A stretch of 64,000 nt of DNA from Antedon mediterranea (lineage: Eukaryota; Animalia; Echinodermata), in assembly GCF_964355755.1 (NCBI RefSeq), contig NC_092674.1, positions 9,796,001 to 9,860,000 of the forward strand. Direction: 5' to 3'. The translations under genes were made by a program, and so were the position numbers. The notes under the pieces are model-generated. The model saw nothing but the letters and a program-made list of their open reading frames with translations, was not told the DNA's origin and did not search any database. Shown in pieces: positions 36,587 to 47,832 of this stretch. The number at the start of each line of letters is the position of its first letter. Position 1 is the first letter of the stretch.

Positions 36587-39378
36587 ACCTAACTAAACAA
36601 GAACTGATCAAATTGCAAACTAAGGATGACTCACTCAAAGGAGTGTTTGACAGGGTAGTCCCTATAGAAGAAATAGGTCAGCATAGGGTTTGTTTCTTTA
36701 TGAGACAAGGTATATTGATGAGAAATTGGAGTAGTATTAAAGATAAGAATAACCAAGTGGAACAGATTGTATTACCCACTCAGTGTAGACAGGGTGTATT
36801 ACACTTAGGTCATAATGTGCCATTTGCAGGTCACATGGGTGTTGAGAAAACTAAAAGTAGGGTCATGAACCAATTCTATTGGCCAGGTATATTTAAAGAT
36901 GTGGTAGTCTATTGTAAAGTCTGTAAGGAATGCCAAAAGATAGATAAGGGTAAAAGTAAAAGGAAACATACTTTGATACCATTACCGATTATAAGTACAC
37001 CATTTAAACGTATAGCGATAGACATTGTTGGACCCTTATCTAGAACAAGCCGTAATAACAAATATATGCTTACTATAATTGACTATGCTACGAGATATCC
37101 GGATGCTATCCCGTTACCCAATGTTAGAGCTGAAACAGTAGCCAGGGCTCCAATAGAAGTCTTTACTAGAGTAGGATTACCCGAAGAGATTGTACATGAT
37201 CAAGGAACTAATTTCATGTCTTCAATTATGCAATCTATATGTAGTATGTTGGGGATTAATCAATTAAAGACTACAGTGTACCACCCCCAAAGCAATGGGC
37301 TTGTTGAAAGATTTCACGGTACATTGAAAAATATGATAAGGACACTTACAGTTAAGCAAAGAAAAAATTGGGACAACTACATACCCCCCTTTCTGTTTGC
37401 ATACAGAGAAGTTCCTAGTAAAGCGACGGGCCATTCACCTTTTAAATTGCTTTATGGTAGAGAGGTGAGGGGACCCTTGAGTTTACTCAAAAGTAATTGG
37501 GTAGAAGATGAAGAAACATCTACTGATGTTATCAAATACATGTTAGACATAAGAGAAAAAATGGAGGAATTAATGAAAGATGCTAATGTAAACAAACTTG
37601 AACAACAAGAAATTATGTCCCACAATTATAACAAGAATGCTATTGATAGAGAATTTGTAGAAGGGGACAAAGTGTTGATATTCCTTCCAGTAGGAAATAG
37701 TAAGTTAGACAGTAAATGGCAAGGCCCCTTCACTGTTACAAAAAAGGTCAATGATGTAAATTATGAAATATACATAGGAGGTAGAAGAAAAGAAAAACAT
37801 ATTCTACATGTTAATATGTTAAAGAGATGGTATGATAAAGTAGAAATAAGTAAAGATGGTTATTATGTAGTAACAAATGTTCAGTCGATAGAAGAAGTAG
37901 ACTTAAATGAAACAGTCCATGACAATGAGTTAGATAGTGAAATAGACATAGGATTGTCTTATCATCAATCACAAACATGGAGAGATGTTAACGTTAGTAG
38001 TAATTTAAATGATACACAAACTAAACAATTAACAGAATTGTTAAAGTACCAACAGAATGTATTTTCGGATGTACCAGGTAGAACTCACTTAGTGACACAT
38101 GAAATTAAGACTAATGGTGAAATGCCTATAAGGCATAGGGCATATAGAACGCCCCAAGCATTAAAGGGTAAATTGAAAGAGGAATTAGATAGTATGTTGG
38201 CTATGGGTATAATAGAACCTACAGTTAGTGCCTATGCTGCACCTATTATTGCCCTGAAGAAAGGCCAGAATCAAATTAGAATGGTGACAGATTTTAGATC
38301 ACTAAATAAGACTACACAATTTGACCCTTATGTTATGCCTCGCATAGACGAAATGTTGGATGAGGTATCATCCGCAATATACATAACTACGTTAGATCTT
38401 ACTAAAGGATTTTACCAGGTGCCTCTGGATCCTAAGACCAAAGACAAATCAGCATTTATTACACAATTTGGACAGTATTGTTACAATGTACTTCCATTTG
38501 GTATGCAAAATAGTTCTAGTACTTTCCAAAGATTAATGGATAAGGTATTACAAGGTACTGAGGGATATGCTAAGGCATATATAGATGACATATGTATTTA
38601 TAGTCAAACTTGGAAAGATCATATTTTTCATTTGAATGATGTATTAGAAAGAAGTAGTGCTGGATTGACAGCAAAGCCTTTGAAATGTAAAATTGCCTAT
38701 GCACAGGTAGAATTTCTGGGGCATAAGATTGGTAATGGAGAAATTAGACCCATGATTGATAAGGTTGAGGCTGTGGAAAAGTTCCCCAGACCTTTGTCTA
38801 AGAAACAAGTCCGATCATTTCTCGGATTAACGGGCTATTACAGAAAATTTGTACAGAACTATGCCGATATTGCTAAGCCATTGATTGATTTATCTTTAAA
38901 GAGTAAAAGTAATACCGTTAAGTGGAATGAACAATGTGAAAATGCCTTTGTAACCTTAAAGAAACGACTTACTGATGATAATGTATTAAAAGCCCCAAAT
39001 TTTGATAAGATGTTTATATTGCAAACTGATGCCTCAAATTATGGCATAGGTGCAGTGCTGAGCCAAATAGATGGTGAGGGTAATGATTATCCCATTGTGT
39101 ACTTAAGTAGAAAGTTATCTGTACATGAGCAGAGATATTCTGTGCCAGAAAAAGAGTGCCTCTCTATTGTTTGGGCTATCAATAAACTTAAGTATTATCT
39201 GTATGGTTGTGAATTTCAAGTTCATACTGACCACCAGGCATTGAGATGGATGGACTCAATGAAGGGTGCCAATGTTAGACTTATGAGATGGGCTCTGTTT
39301 TTACAAGGATATAAATTTAAAGTTATTTACAAGAAAGGATCATTAAATGGAAATGCAGATGGATTAAGCCGTGCATAA
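36511..39378 (+). CDS. pol: Pol: integrase, reverse transcriptase, RNase H (integrase upstream of RT)
   Basis: HHCC finger (HNVPFAGH...CKEC), DDE core (IAIDIVGP, HDQGTNF, NGLVERFH), GPF motif, then RT (LDLTKGFYQ, PFGM, YIDDI), then RNase H (TDAS, EKECL, TDHQAL, NADGLSR). Confidence 0.95.
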   Translation: MFDENEDRAKDKTVKHKTYEQQHKLNLTKQELIKLQTKDDSLKGVFDRVVPIEEIGQHRVCFFMRQGILMRNWSSIKDKNNQVEQIVLPTQCRQGVLHLGHNVPFAGHMGVEKTKSRVMNQFYWPGIFKDVVVYCKVCKECQKIDKGKSKRKHTLIPLPIISTPFKRIAIDIVGPLSRTSRNNKYMLTIIDYATRYPDAIPLPNVRAETVARAPIEVFTRVGLPEEIVHDQGTNFMSSIMQSICSMLGINQLKTTVYHPQSNGLVERFHGTLKNMIRTLTVKQRKNWDNYIPPFLFAYREVPSKATGHSPFKLLYGREVRGPLSLLKSNWVEDEETSTDVIKYMLDIREKMEELMKDANVNKLEQQEIMSHNYNKNAIDREFVEGDKVLIFLPVGNSKLDSKWQGPFTVTKKVNDVNYEIYIGGRRKEKHILHVNMLKRWYDKVEISKDGYYVVTNVQSIEEVDLNETVHDNELDSEIDIGLSYHQSQTWRDVNVSSNLNDTQTKQLTELLKYQQNVFSDVPGRTHLVTHEIKTNGEMPIRHRAYRTPQALKGKLKEELDSMLAMGIIEPTVSAYAAPIIALKKGQNQIRMVTDFRSLNKTTQFDPYVMPRIDEMLDEVSSAIYITTLDLTKGFYQVPLDPKTKDKSAFITQFGQYCYNVLPFGMQNSSSTFQRLMDKVLQGTEGYAKAYIDDICIYSQTWKDHIFHLNDVLERSSAGLTAKPLKCKIAYAQVEFLGHKIGNGEIRPMIDKVEAVEKFPRPLSKKQVRSFLGLTGYYRKFVQNYADIAKPLIDLSLKSKSNTVKWNEQCENAFVTLKKRLTDDNVLKAPNFDKMFILQTDASNYGIGAVLSQIDGEGNDYPIVYLSRKLSVHEQRYSVPEKECLSIVWAINKLKYYLYGCEFQVHTDHQALRWMDSMKGANVRLMRWALFLQGYKFKVIYKKGSLNGNADGLSRA

Positions 39379-39479
39379 TAATATTATAGAGGTGTTATTG
39401 GTAGATAGTTTATAGTAAAATGGTTTTAAATGTTAAATTTTTGGAAAGATTGACACAATCTTTTTCCCAAAAAGGGGAA

Positions 39480-39888
39480 TGTCGTATTATTGATGTTGTG
39501 ATTCTCTGTGTTTAGAGAAAGATGCTTTAGACCAGGTCCGCCTTATATTATTAGCCAATCAAAATCGTATAAATTTTGGAGGGAAAATGTTATCCTCCTC
39601 TGAAGCCTAAAATGTGCATGTCCAGTATAAAAGTGGATTGTAATAGATATTAGGGGGAGAAGAGAGAATAAGATCAGAGTAGATAAACGGAAAGTTGATA
39701 AAGAAAATATTAAGGCTTGACTGGTAGTGGTAGAAAGATGTATTAATCGAATTACAAGGAATAAAAGTTCTAGTTGAGTTAAATATACTTTTTGTATGAG
39801 TTATCATTCAGTGACAGTGTACGTCGCGTGGAGTTATATATATACGCCTGAGAAAGCTCGGAACCAACTAAGATAAATATTCACTACA
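39480..39888 (+). repeat. 3' LTR (409 bp)
   Basis: Preceded by the PPT at 39469-39479 and followed by the TSD ACACC. Confidence 0.95.
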
Positions 39889-39997
39889 ACACCCTTACCA
39901 ATGGATTTGATCACATTCATATCACATACTTGAATGCATTTATTACCACCATCACTGAATGCTCTGTTGCCATTCTTCATTCTGCACATTCTGTTAA

Positions 39998-41584
39998 AGG
40001 GGGATTCTGGGTTTAAAATTGCTTTTAAATATCGTTTATTTATTAAATAAAAAATATTATAACAATATAGACATGTCAGAATGAAGAAGTAATAACGAGA
40101 AATTAAAAAAATTAAATTTCATATACATTTTAGGGTAAATTCATGGAAAGTCTGTTTTTCAGCAGCTTAGGGAAGCTCATTAATATTCATGAGATATTCA
40201 CAAAATCACGTATTCCAAACTCGCGACGTCATGTACGTTGTGTTTGTCAACTAATTTACATCTCTCTCCCCTGTCAAACGACGACCACCCGATCATTGTG
40301 AAATACATTTTTTTTAGATTTTCTAAGCTAGGCCTAAAGTGTAATAATAACAGTAGTAGCATATATTTATTTGACATTTAATGAAATACAAAATTTAGTA
40401 CAGATTACGGAGTCATAAATTATACTATTTTTATACCTCTATAGTACCATGGAGTAAAACTCCATGATAGTACAGATCGTATTATCGGCTTCACGTACAA
40501 TACTACTCTAGGCCTAGCCTAATGGGCGAGAGCCATTCTGACTAGGGATTCCATGCCACGATGGCTACGTTAAAACAATGGGGCCCATGGGCCTAGAGCT
40601 AGCCTACTACTAGACGTTTGGCCCATAAATAACAAACCCATCCTATCAACCAAACTCCTAAACAATCTAAACCTAAAACGTTCTACAAAATCGGCTGTAA
40701 ATATTGAAGCAAAACAAGGTCCGATCGCCGTCCACACGTATGGTGTCCCGATCGTCTACTAAGTAGGCCTAAAATAAAATAGGCTTAGTTTACTCTCCAA
40801 AAAAGCGGATACTCATGCATCAAGCAAGTAGACCAGGTAGTAGGAAGGAGACCTAGCCGATCCGGCCCAGTTAAAAATTGAGCTAGCTAGTGTAGTAGAC
40901 CCTATGCGAATTGATACTACCAGGCCTTTTACTATAGGCTGCACTACACAAATATTCCAACTCTCTCATTCGAGCTATATTATCTATACCATTCCGGTAG
41001 GTCGAGTCGACCTTCAATCAAATACTGTACATCGTTCATGTTGTGATTATAGACGGGGTATACTCGACCCGACCAGTTTGGTATTGTTGTATCTGCTTAT
41101 CACGTGATGATGCCAGGCATGGGCAGCAGAGAGAGCACGTGTATCGTCGTCTCGCTCGATCCTCAGCAGGAATGTACAGTATACGTTACGCTTCATTGAT
41201 TTTGATTTTTCCCTAAGTCGGTGCGAAAATCGGCAAACGTAAAGTGCAAACATATCTAATTTTTCACTGTTTTGATGAATTTTCATAAAAAATTGACTTT
41301 ATAAATGGGAAGACCGACTAAAATTACATCAGATAAGTATAATTTTACAAAAGTAATTGATATGGTTAATGATAACGAGTCGTCGGAAGATGGACCATTT
41401 CACGAATTTCCTATTTTGTAACCACAGTGTGATTTTGCCGTAGCTGCACTTGTAATCTGGCCTGATTTCACAGCCTTCGTTCTGCTTCACTGGGCGCTTA
41501 TATAAATTGAAACTTTTACCGTTCAAGAGACAAACAAATATATTTTCCATTTTTTACTATTCATTTTAAACCCGGAACCCCCCT
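39998..41584. mobile_element. Non-autonomous Kolobok-type DNA transposon
   Basis: TTAA TSD (39994-39997, 41585-41588) and TIR agggggattctgggtttaaaa / ttttaaacccggaacccccct. RR...YY termini with TTAA fit Kolobok rather than piggyBac. No transposase ORF seen. Confidence 0.8.
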
Positions 41585-42750
41585 TTAACTTTCACACCTT
41601 CTGGTAGTGTAATCTTGCTTGTACATTCTCCTGATTGGTTGTACTTGTGAATTGCATTTGAGAAAAATGAAACCAGCAAGCAATCATCATCACACTTTGC
41701 TACTCCTGTAGGCCCATCCTCTACTTTGATAGGAAGTGGTTTGAATACAACATTTCCAATGTCATTTTCTTTCAATAAATCGATTGGATGTTTGTTTGTA
41801 ATAAAGTTAATCTGTCTAGTAGTATTGACTTGCTTGATTTCTTCAGATTTATTAATTTCATTCATCATTTTATTTAATACAACCTCACTTGATGTCATAG
41901 CAGTTGCTGTCTCACTCTTTAGTAACTGATTTAGGGAACTCATATTTGTGTTTAATTCAGCGTTGATTTTTGTTAATTTTGTAATTTGTAAGTCATTAAC
42001 TTTCTTTTCCTTTTCATAATTTGCTTCAACTTTTTTCTTCATTTCATCTGCATTTTTCTGGATTATTAAAAACATTTCTTGAACTTGGTTATCAATATTT
42101 GTGAGACTTGCATCTTTACTTTCTTCTAGTTCTTTAGCATTCTTTGTGACTATTTTGAGTACATTTTCTATTTTTTTTATGGATTCATTGGCAGCTTTCT
42201 ATAAGTCTTCTGATGTTTCCTTAAACGTTTTAAATGCTGTTACAATGTTAATTAGTTCATGTTTTCCATCTCCCGCGTCATGTTCCATTGCAGTGCATTC
42301 AATGCGTATTGGTACTTTACATTTTGTACAATACATTTTCAATGGTTGAGCATGAGAGGCGCACAGAGAGGAAGTGCCTTTAACCTTCCTTTTCTGTTCG
42401 TATTGTTTCACAGTTTCCAAGAGGTTGTTAAGAAAGGTATTTGGGGCAAGTTTTTGAAGCCCTCCTACTGGAATGGGATACTCTTTGCGACAAATAGGGC
42501 ATGTTAGCTTGCCATGATTGGTTTGAACCCAATTATCCAAACACTTCAGGCAGAAACTATGAATGCAGCTAAGTGATTTTGGGTCTTCTAGTCTTCCATT
42601 ACAGATAGAACATTCTAGTACTTTATCATCTATATCTCCAAGTAGACTAATGTCGTTACTAGCCATCCTGCAATATTAATTTGTAATCAACATAAATTAT
42701 TCAATCTAACATAGTAATAAGGATAGTAATGGTTTTAGCTATACAAACAA

Positions 42751-43518
42751 CAGGGTCGGACGCAGGGGGGGTTGCCCTAGTTTTCATGCTAAATGGGTTT
42801 GTTTTCTGTCACTAAATAAATTTAGATCCCATTTATCACATATAATAACCATTAACGTTATAGCGTCCAGTTTTGGAAGAGCCTATATGTAAATTGACCG
42901 ACTGGAGCGTAAAATTAACCAGCAATATAATACCGCGCACAATTTACCGCCGACTGTCAGCGTATTTTTGTGTGTGGATATATTTCTGAACATGCTCAAA
43001 ATAAATTGTTTGGATTGCTTGTGTGCGTCATGAGAAGGTATTGAAAGGCCACTACACACTGTGTTCGTGGAAAACCCCGTCATTTGTACATAATTATTGA
43101 ATTTTGCCGGAGATTCCCCATCATATTGTCTAACTTTTTAAAATTATTGATTAATAATAATTAATTTGTATTGATTGATTATAATTGTCAGAATTCATTA
43201 GCTTACCGGAAGTACCTTCGTCGGGGACTTCCTCTGACGTTAAAAATGTCGCGTGTGTTTTACCAGCGGAAAAAATAGGCGGGATACGATGGTATTGCTG
43301 TTTGGTATCCCGTTTGGTATAGGCCGATATTGCTTTTGGTAGGCGAACTATAGGTGCCATTTATCGTGAATTTTACGTGTGGGAGTACCATTTCCGGCCA
43401 TCTAGGGGTGTCATTTATTCAAATTCGCCTCCATGGTGGGCCTGTGGCGCAAAAACTCATTATCTACGGTTTTAGTCTCGTGGGCAACCCACTTAAAATA
43501 GTTCTGCGACCGCCCCTG
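42751..43518. mobile_element. hAT-like non-autonomous element just upstream of the TRIM start codon
   Basis: Imperfect TIR cagggtcggacgcag / ctgcgaccgcccctg; acaaacaa occurs on both flanks, offset by one base. Confidence 0.55.
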
Positions 43519-43800
43519 AACAAACAATATTTGCTATTAATAATAACTACAGTCTATTCTTTATTGTTGATATTTATTTATTTGGGTAAAATTTCCAATA
43601 TCAAATTCATCTATATTCTTATAAATTATTTCTTTTAATGGAGTTAGATTGGTTTTGAATCCTTTGAAATAGTCCAACACAAAGTTGCTTAACATATAAA
43701 TTATATTTTGAAACTGCCAAACACCTATATTATTGTGAATAATAAGTATTAAAAAGTCACCTTTTGATAAATGGTTGTACTTAAGCTTCTTATTACGTTC

Positions 43801-43897
43801 TGACGTGGTCGTTGAAAAGTAAGAAATATTCCCAATAGGTGCTGACGTGGTTGTTGAAAAGTAAGAAAGATTCCCAAAAGGTGCTGACATGGTCGTT
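43801..43897. repeat. 42-bp tandem repeat, about 2.3 copies
   Basis: Unit tgacgtggtcgttgaaaagtaagaaatattcccaataggtgc. Confidence 0.8.
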
Positions 43898-44928
43898 CCA
43901 AATTGACTAGTAAGGGAGTTTTGCAATCATGGGACCTGATATTTAGTGCTGTCGGTAAAAGTTAAAATTTAACGATCTCAATTAAGCATTGAAATTGTAT
44001 TTGCTATCAAACAACATAATCACTGATTTATCTATTCAATGTTTACCAATATACAGACCTAGTATAGACTCACCAAAAAAGGGGCAGGGGTTTTCCAACC
44101 ATTCTGATTTTGGTTATTACATAATTATTCCTTATCAAATTGCGTAGATTTACATGAAATTTATTGACACCAAGTTAGGTGAAATTATCCTGTATCATGT
44201 CATCTCTAAATATTTTGACATTTATAGATTAATAATGTTTGTGTATATGTATATCACAATGTACAGCATTTTACGTGAAATGATAACCTTTTAAAATTAA
44301 TATTTACAGTATTTTCACACTTAGCGGATGTGTTTTAACATTCATGACGCACCAGAGCTACCATCAGTAGATGACATGCTTGATGCTGATCGGAGTTGCA
44401 AGAGAAAGGTGCCACTGCGGAGAAGTAACAGGTCCAATGAAAAGCTGCTGTAGTACCATCATGATGCCGGGTGTCACGAAACATAAGACCACGAAAGCTA
44501 AGACCCCTTAAGACCTAAGATCACGAAAGCTAAGACCCAAGACCTAAGATTACAAATATTTATCTTTCACACCTGCCTTGTATTTTAACTCCAACATTTA
44601 TTCTGAATACCACACCTTAAAATTAGCACTTTTATGAAAAAGAATCACATAAAAAGTAACAAATACATTTTTAAATTGATGATTTTACAGACGTTTTTCT
44701 CGCACACACACTGTTTGCGAATTTCGCATGTTTTGTTTCTATGGAACGTCAAAAGAGCAAAAATTATTTAGAGGGCTGAAAACTCTGTGGAGTCAATCTA
44801 TTTTAACGCATTTTTTAGTGAAAATCAGTACGAAGGAATAAATACTCGAAAATAAATTTTAATTTAAAAATCATCATCATCATGATAATAAGTTTTTTGT
44901 TTCGTTTTCTTTCTGTTTTTATACGCAA

Positions 44929-45109
44929 TAGGGTTGGTGAAATTCAGTCCAAAATATTTTGGACAATTCGCGTATTTTGGAAAATGAATAGCGCCCTCAA
45001 GTCGACGTATTTTGGAAAGACTCGCGTATTTAGGATTAGTATAGCACCCTCAACTTGACGTATTTTGGAAAAAATTCTGCGTATTTTGGACTGATGTTCA
45101 CCAACCCGA
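44929..45109. mobile_element. Small hAT-like MITE nested in the MULE-like element
   Basis: TIR gggttggtgaa..tcagtccaaaata and about 6 internal cgtattttgga repeats; no clear TSD. Confidence 0.55.
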
Positions 45110-45395
45110 CTCTTTATACTTGTACTATTATTGTTGCTCTTTTGGCGCTCCATAGAAACAAAAATATTGAGCATGGGGAGGAGTTACAGTAGGCCTATAC
45201 AAAGAAGCACGTATGTAAAATCATCAATTTAAAGGATTTATTTATTTGTTTTTATGTGTTTCTTCTTTTTAAAGTACTTAATAAGTCCTAATTTAGGATA
45301 TTAGGTATTCAGGATAAAGTTAGTTAACAAATTTGGAGTCAAAATACAAGGCAGGTGCGACAGAAAAACACCCGTCAAGTTTGTTTGTTGTAAAG

Positions 45396-46124
45396 AAACA
45401 AGGCCATGGCTGCAGTCGCGTGCTCATTAGTGTTTACCGACCGACCGACCAACCTACCAACTGACCAAAATTACTGAACATGTTTAAAAATGTTGAAATG
45501 TTTAGAAACATTTATATTTTTTTAATTTACACGTGCGTAGCCTGTCACTTTTGACGTGTTCGTATAACGTAATTTCGAGTTGAAAAGTAAGTAAAAAAAA
45601 CAGAAATCTGGCAAAAAGAGTGCGCAATAACATTTAACGCGCAGTGCGCGCGCAAAAATCTGCGCACTCATGGCAATTTTGTAAACACTTAAAATTGCCT
45701 GAAACGTACTCTTATTTCATCGAAAATAAATTTTGAAAATTTTAAGCGCGCGTACGCATGCGTTACATGCGCTACGCACGTAATTGTATTGCCATATGAT
45801 GATTTATGCCCTGAAATTTATGAGTACCAAATTTTATTTAATTGTGATTCATGGTTGTGAAGATATGATTACAAACGCGATTTCGTTAAATCGTGCGTAG
45901 ACCGCGTAATTTTTTATTGCGCACCGTGAAAACATAACCACATCGATTCCTGGCCATAAGGAATATTCTGTGAAAAATTGACTTAGCTAGATTAAACTGA
46001 TATCAAGATAAGGTCAGAAAGCGATAAAACGCATAGTGATACCGGACCGACAGACAGATCGACAGACCGACCGACCGCCCGACCGACATAGTGAACTATA
46101 GATTCGCGTCCACGCGACTAAAAA
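45396..46124 (-). mobile_element. DINE-1-like HINE (Helentron derivative) nested in the MULE-like element
   Basis: On the minus strand: ttttt-agtcgcgtg plus a short IR, (gtcg/gtct)n microsatellite, then cacgcgact, hairpin gccatggc and cttgttt. Confidence 0.8.
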
Positions 46125-47689
46125 TATACATTTACTCAACGGGCGAAAATATTATGAGTTTATCTATGTTTTGCGGTAGTATTTAATTATATTTATGGTA
46201 ATAAATGATACCTACTATGTTTAAAATTATGTATGGATAAACAAGTATTGTTTTTTAAGCTGTAGTTTATCTTAGAATTTGTAATCTTAGGTCTTGGGTC
46301 TTAGCTTTCGTGATCTTAGGTCTTAGGGGGTCTTAGCTTTCGTGATCTTAGGTTTTGTGACACCCTCATGATGCCACCACTCATGCATTGCCCTACTATA
46401 TAGCACATAAACGAGTGTGTTTTAACATTCATGACACACCAGAGCTACCGTCAGTTGAAGAAATGCTTGATGCTGATCGGAGTTGCAGAGAAAGGTTCCA
46501 TTGCGTAAGTAGGAGGAAAACCTTTAAAACTAAAATTAAAATTATAATACATTTTAATACTAGGCCCCTATTATAAATAAATTGTTTATTATATTATAAT
46601 TAAATGTATATATTTTTATAGCCTGTATCGTAAATAATGCTCAATGTATCTTAATTTTAAATCAATTTTTGCTAGCACGTATATTTGATATGTATTTTAT
46701 TGGAATCTAAGAGGATCTTTGAATATGAACTGGATTTATTTTGCCCAGCTGGAATAAGGGTTGCCCTCTTTAAATACAGTTGAACAGTAAAATAAATAAA
46801 ATAAAGATGGTAAAAATACAGGTCAACTGATAAAGTGTACTTAGAGTAAAAGTTTCACAAATATTTTTAACTGCAAATAATAACTTGGAAAGAGACAGAC
46901 AGTGTCTACCAATATTAACTAGTGACGCGTTTTGTCTATTAAATTATATAATTATTGTATATTACTTTATAATAGAATAAAATCTAAAATAGAACAACAT
47001 TTATAAGAATAGTTATACATTTTAAGAAAACAAAATCTCATTTCCATATGTTTATAAAAGAAATGTTCTCAAGATTAGTTGAATAGAAAAAAGTTTAAAT
47101 TGATAATTGATCTTTCTTTTTCTTATGATTTTATTTATGTTTTTTTTTAGGGATCGTACGAGACAAGTATTTTTACTTTTAATTTGATTCATTTTGATGA
47201 TAAACAAATTAGTCTGTATAATTTACGTTTAAATCGTTTAAATGTACGAATTTACCTTTTTTTTGTTATTCTATTGCTATTTTTAATAAACGTTGTATGA
47301 AATGAAATATATTGCCATTAAATAAATTTTACTAAATGTAGGCCTAATAATAAAACTAATACCGTATGTGTGACACGGCGAGACCAAAACAAACCAAAGG
47401 ATATTCACCCCTTATTCTCCCTACTGATGGACAGTTAAAATCTGTACCACATTCCCGGTTAATTTTCGAAGAAGTCAACCAGGATATGGTACGGCCGTAT
47501 ACCATTAATTCGTCGTACTTCCTGTCAACTTATGTTGGTCATCGACATGGCATTACATAGGCCTAAATTCAAAAATTATTGTCAAATTGGTATCACGCTA
47601 ATTAATAATACAAATAGGCCTAATAATTGTTTTACTTTTTATATTAAAAAATATTTTAATATAACCATTAACAGTTCTTTCCAAATTAT

Positions 47690-47832
47690 TATTTTACTAA
47701 GTTGGCCAATTTGGACAGAAAACAAAATTTCCAGTCTGAAGTCGGAGATGCTACCTCATCGTGGTAGACTGGTGTCAACATCATTGGTATTAAATTAATA
47801 ATGGTACCAAGGATGGCTAACAGCATCACGCT
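47690..47832 (+). repeat. Dispersed duplicate of about 29200-29342
   Basis: ttggccaatttgg..agaaaacaaaatttccagtctgaagtcggagatgctacctc...cagcatcacgct is near-identical at both sites, each downstream of an orphan-gene copy. Confidence 0.9.

Larger units (their letters stand above)
33842..39888 (+). mobile_element. Full-length but defective Gmr1-like Ty3/Gypsy LTR retrotransposon
   Basis: TG...CA LTRs at 33842-34258 and 39480-39888, 5-bp TSD ACACC, PBS tggtggcagcggtg (tRNA-Leu 3' end), PPT aaaaaggggaa, and gag-pol with PR-IN-RT-RH order. Confidence 0.95.
33367..42666 (-). pseudogene. TRIM2/3-like RING-B-box-coiled coil-NHL gene, intronless CDS, disrupted
   Basis: RING (CSIC...CIHSFCLKC...CPIC), B-box, coiled coil and NHL repeats. 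The pieces 42666-41585, 39993-39889 and 33836-33367 rejoin in frame once the two inserts are removed. Lesions: TAG at 42199-42201, B-box Cys>Arg (VPIRIEC), frameshift near 33585. Confidence 0.88.
44469..46365. mobile_element. MULE/foldback-like non-autonomous element with long TIRs and 10-bp TSD
   Basis: Ends gggtgtcac...gtgacaccc with subterminal taagacc/cgaaagc repeats; TSD tcatgatgcc at 44459-44468 and 46366-46375; diverged inverted similarity extends about 300 bp inward. Confidence 0.8.
44324..46510 (+). pseudogene. Partial paralog of the orphan repeat gene, split by a transposon
   Basis: 44324-44420 and about 46408-46510 encode the same HD(T/A)PELPSV..MLDADRSC repeats as 28500-28750; the second repeat has a 1-bp frameshift. 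Confidence 0.75.

Noticed and set aside
33842-39888. Classifying the LTR element as Ty1/copia because IN precedes RT
   Set aside because: RT (YIDDI, PFG), RNase H (TDAS...ADGLSR), the GPF integrase motif and the SCAN-like Gag are Gypsy-type.
39998-41584. piggyBac assignment based on the TTAA TSD
   Set aside because: Termini are AG...CT, not the CC...GG of piggyBac.
43200-43300. ETS-rich first exon or promoter for the TRIM gene (ccg|gtaagc donor on the minus strand)
   Set aside because: It lies inside a hAT-like insertion and there is no transcript evidence.
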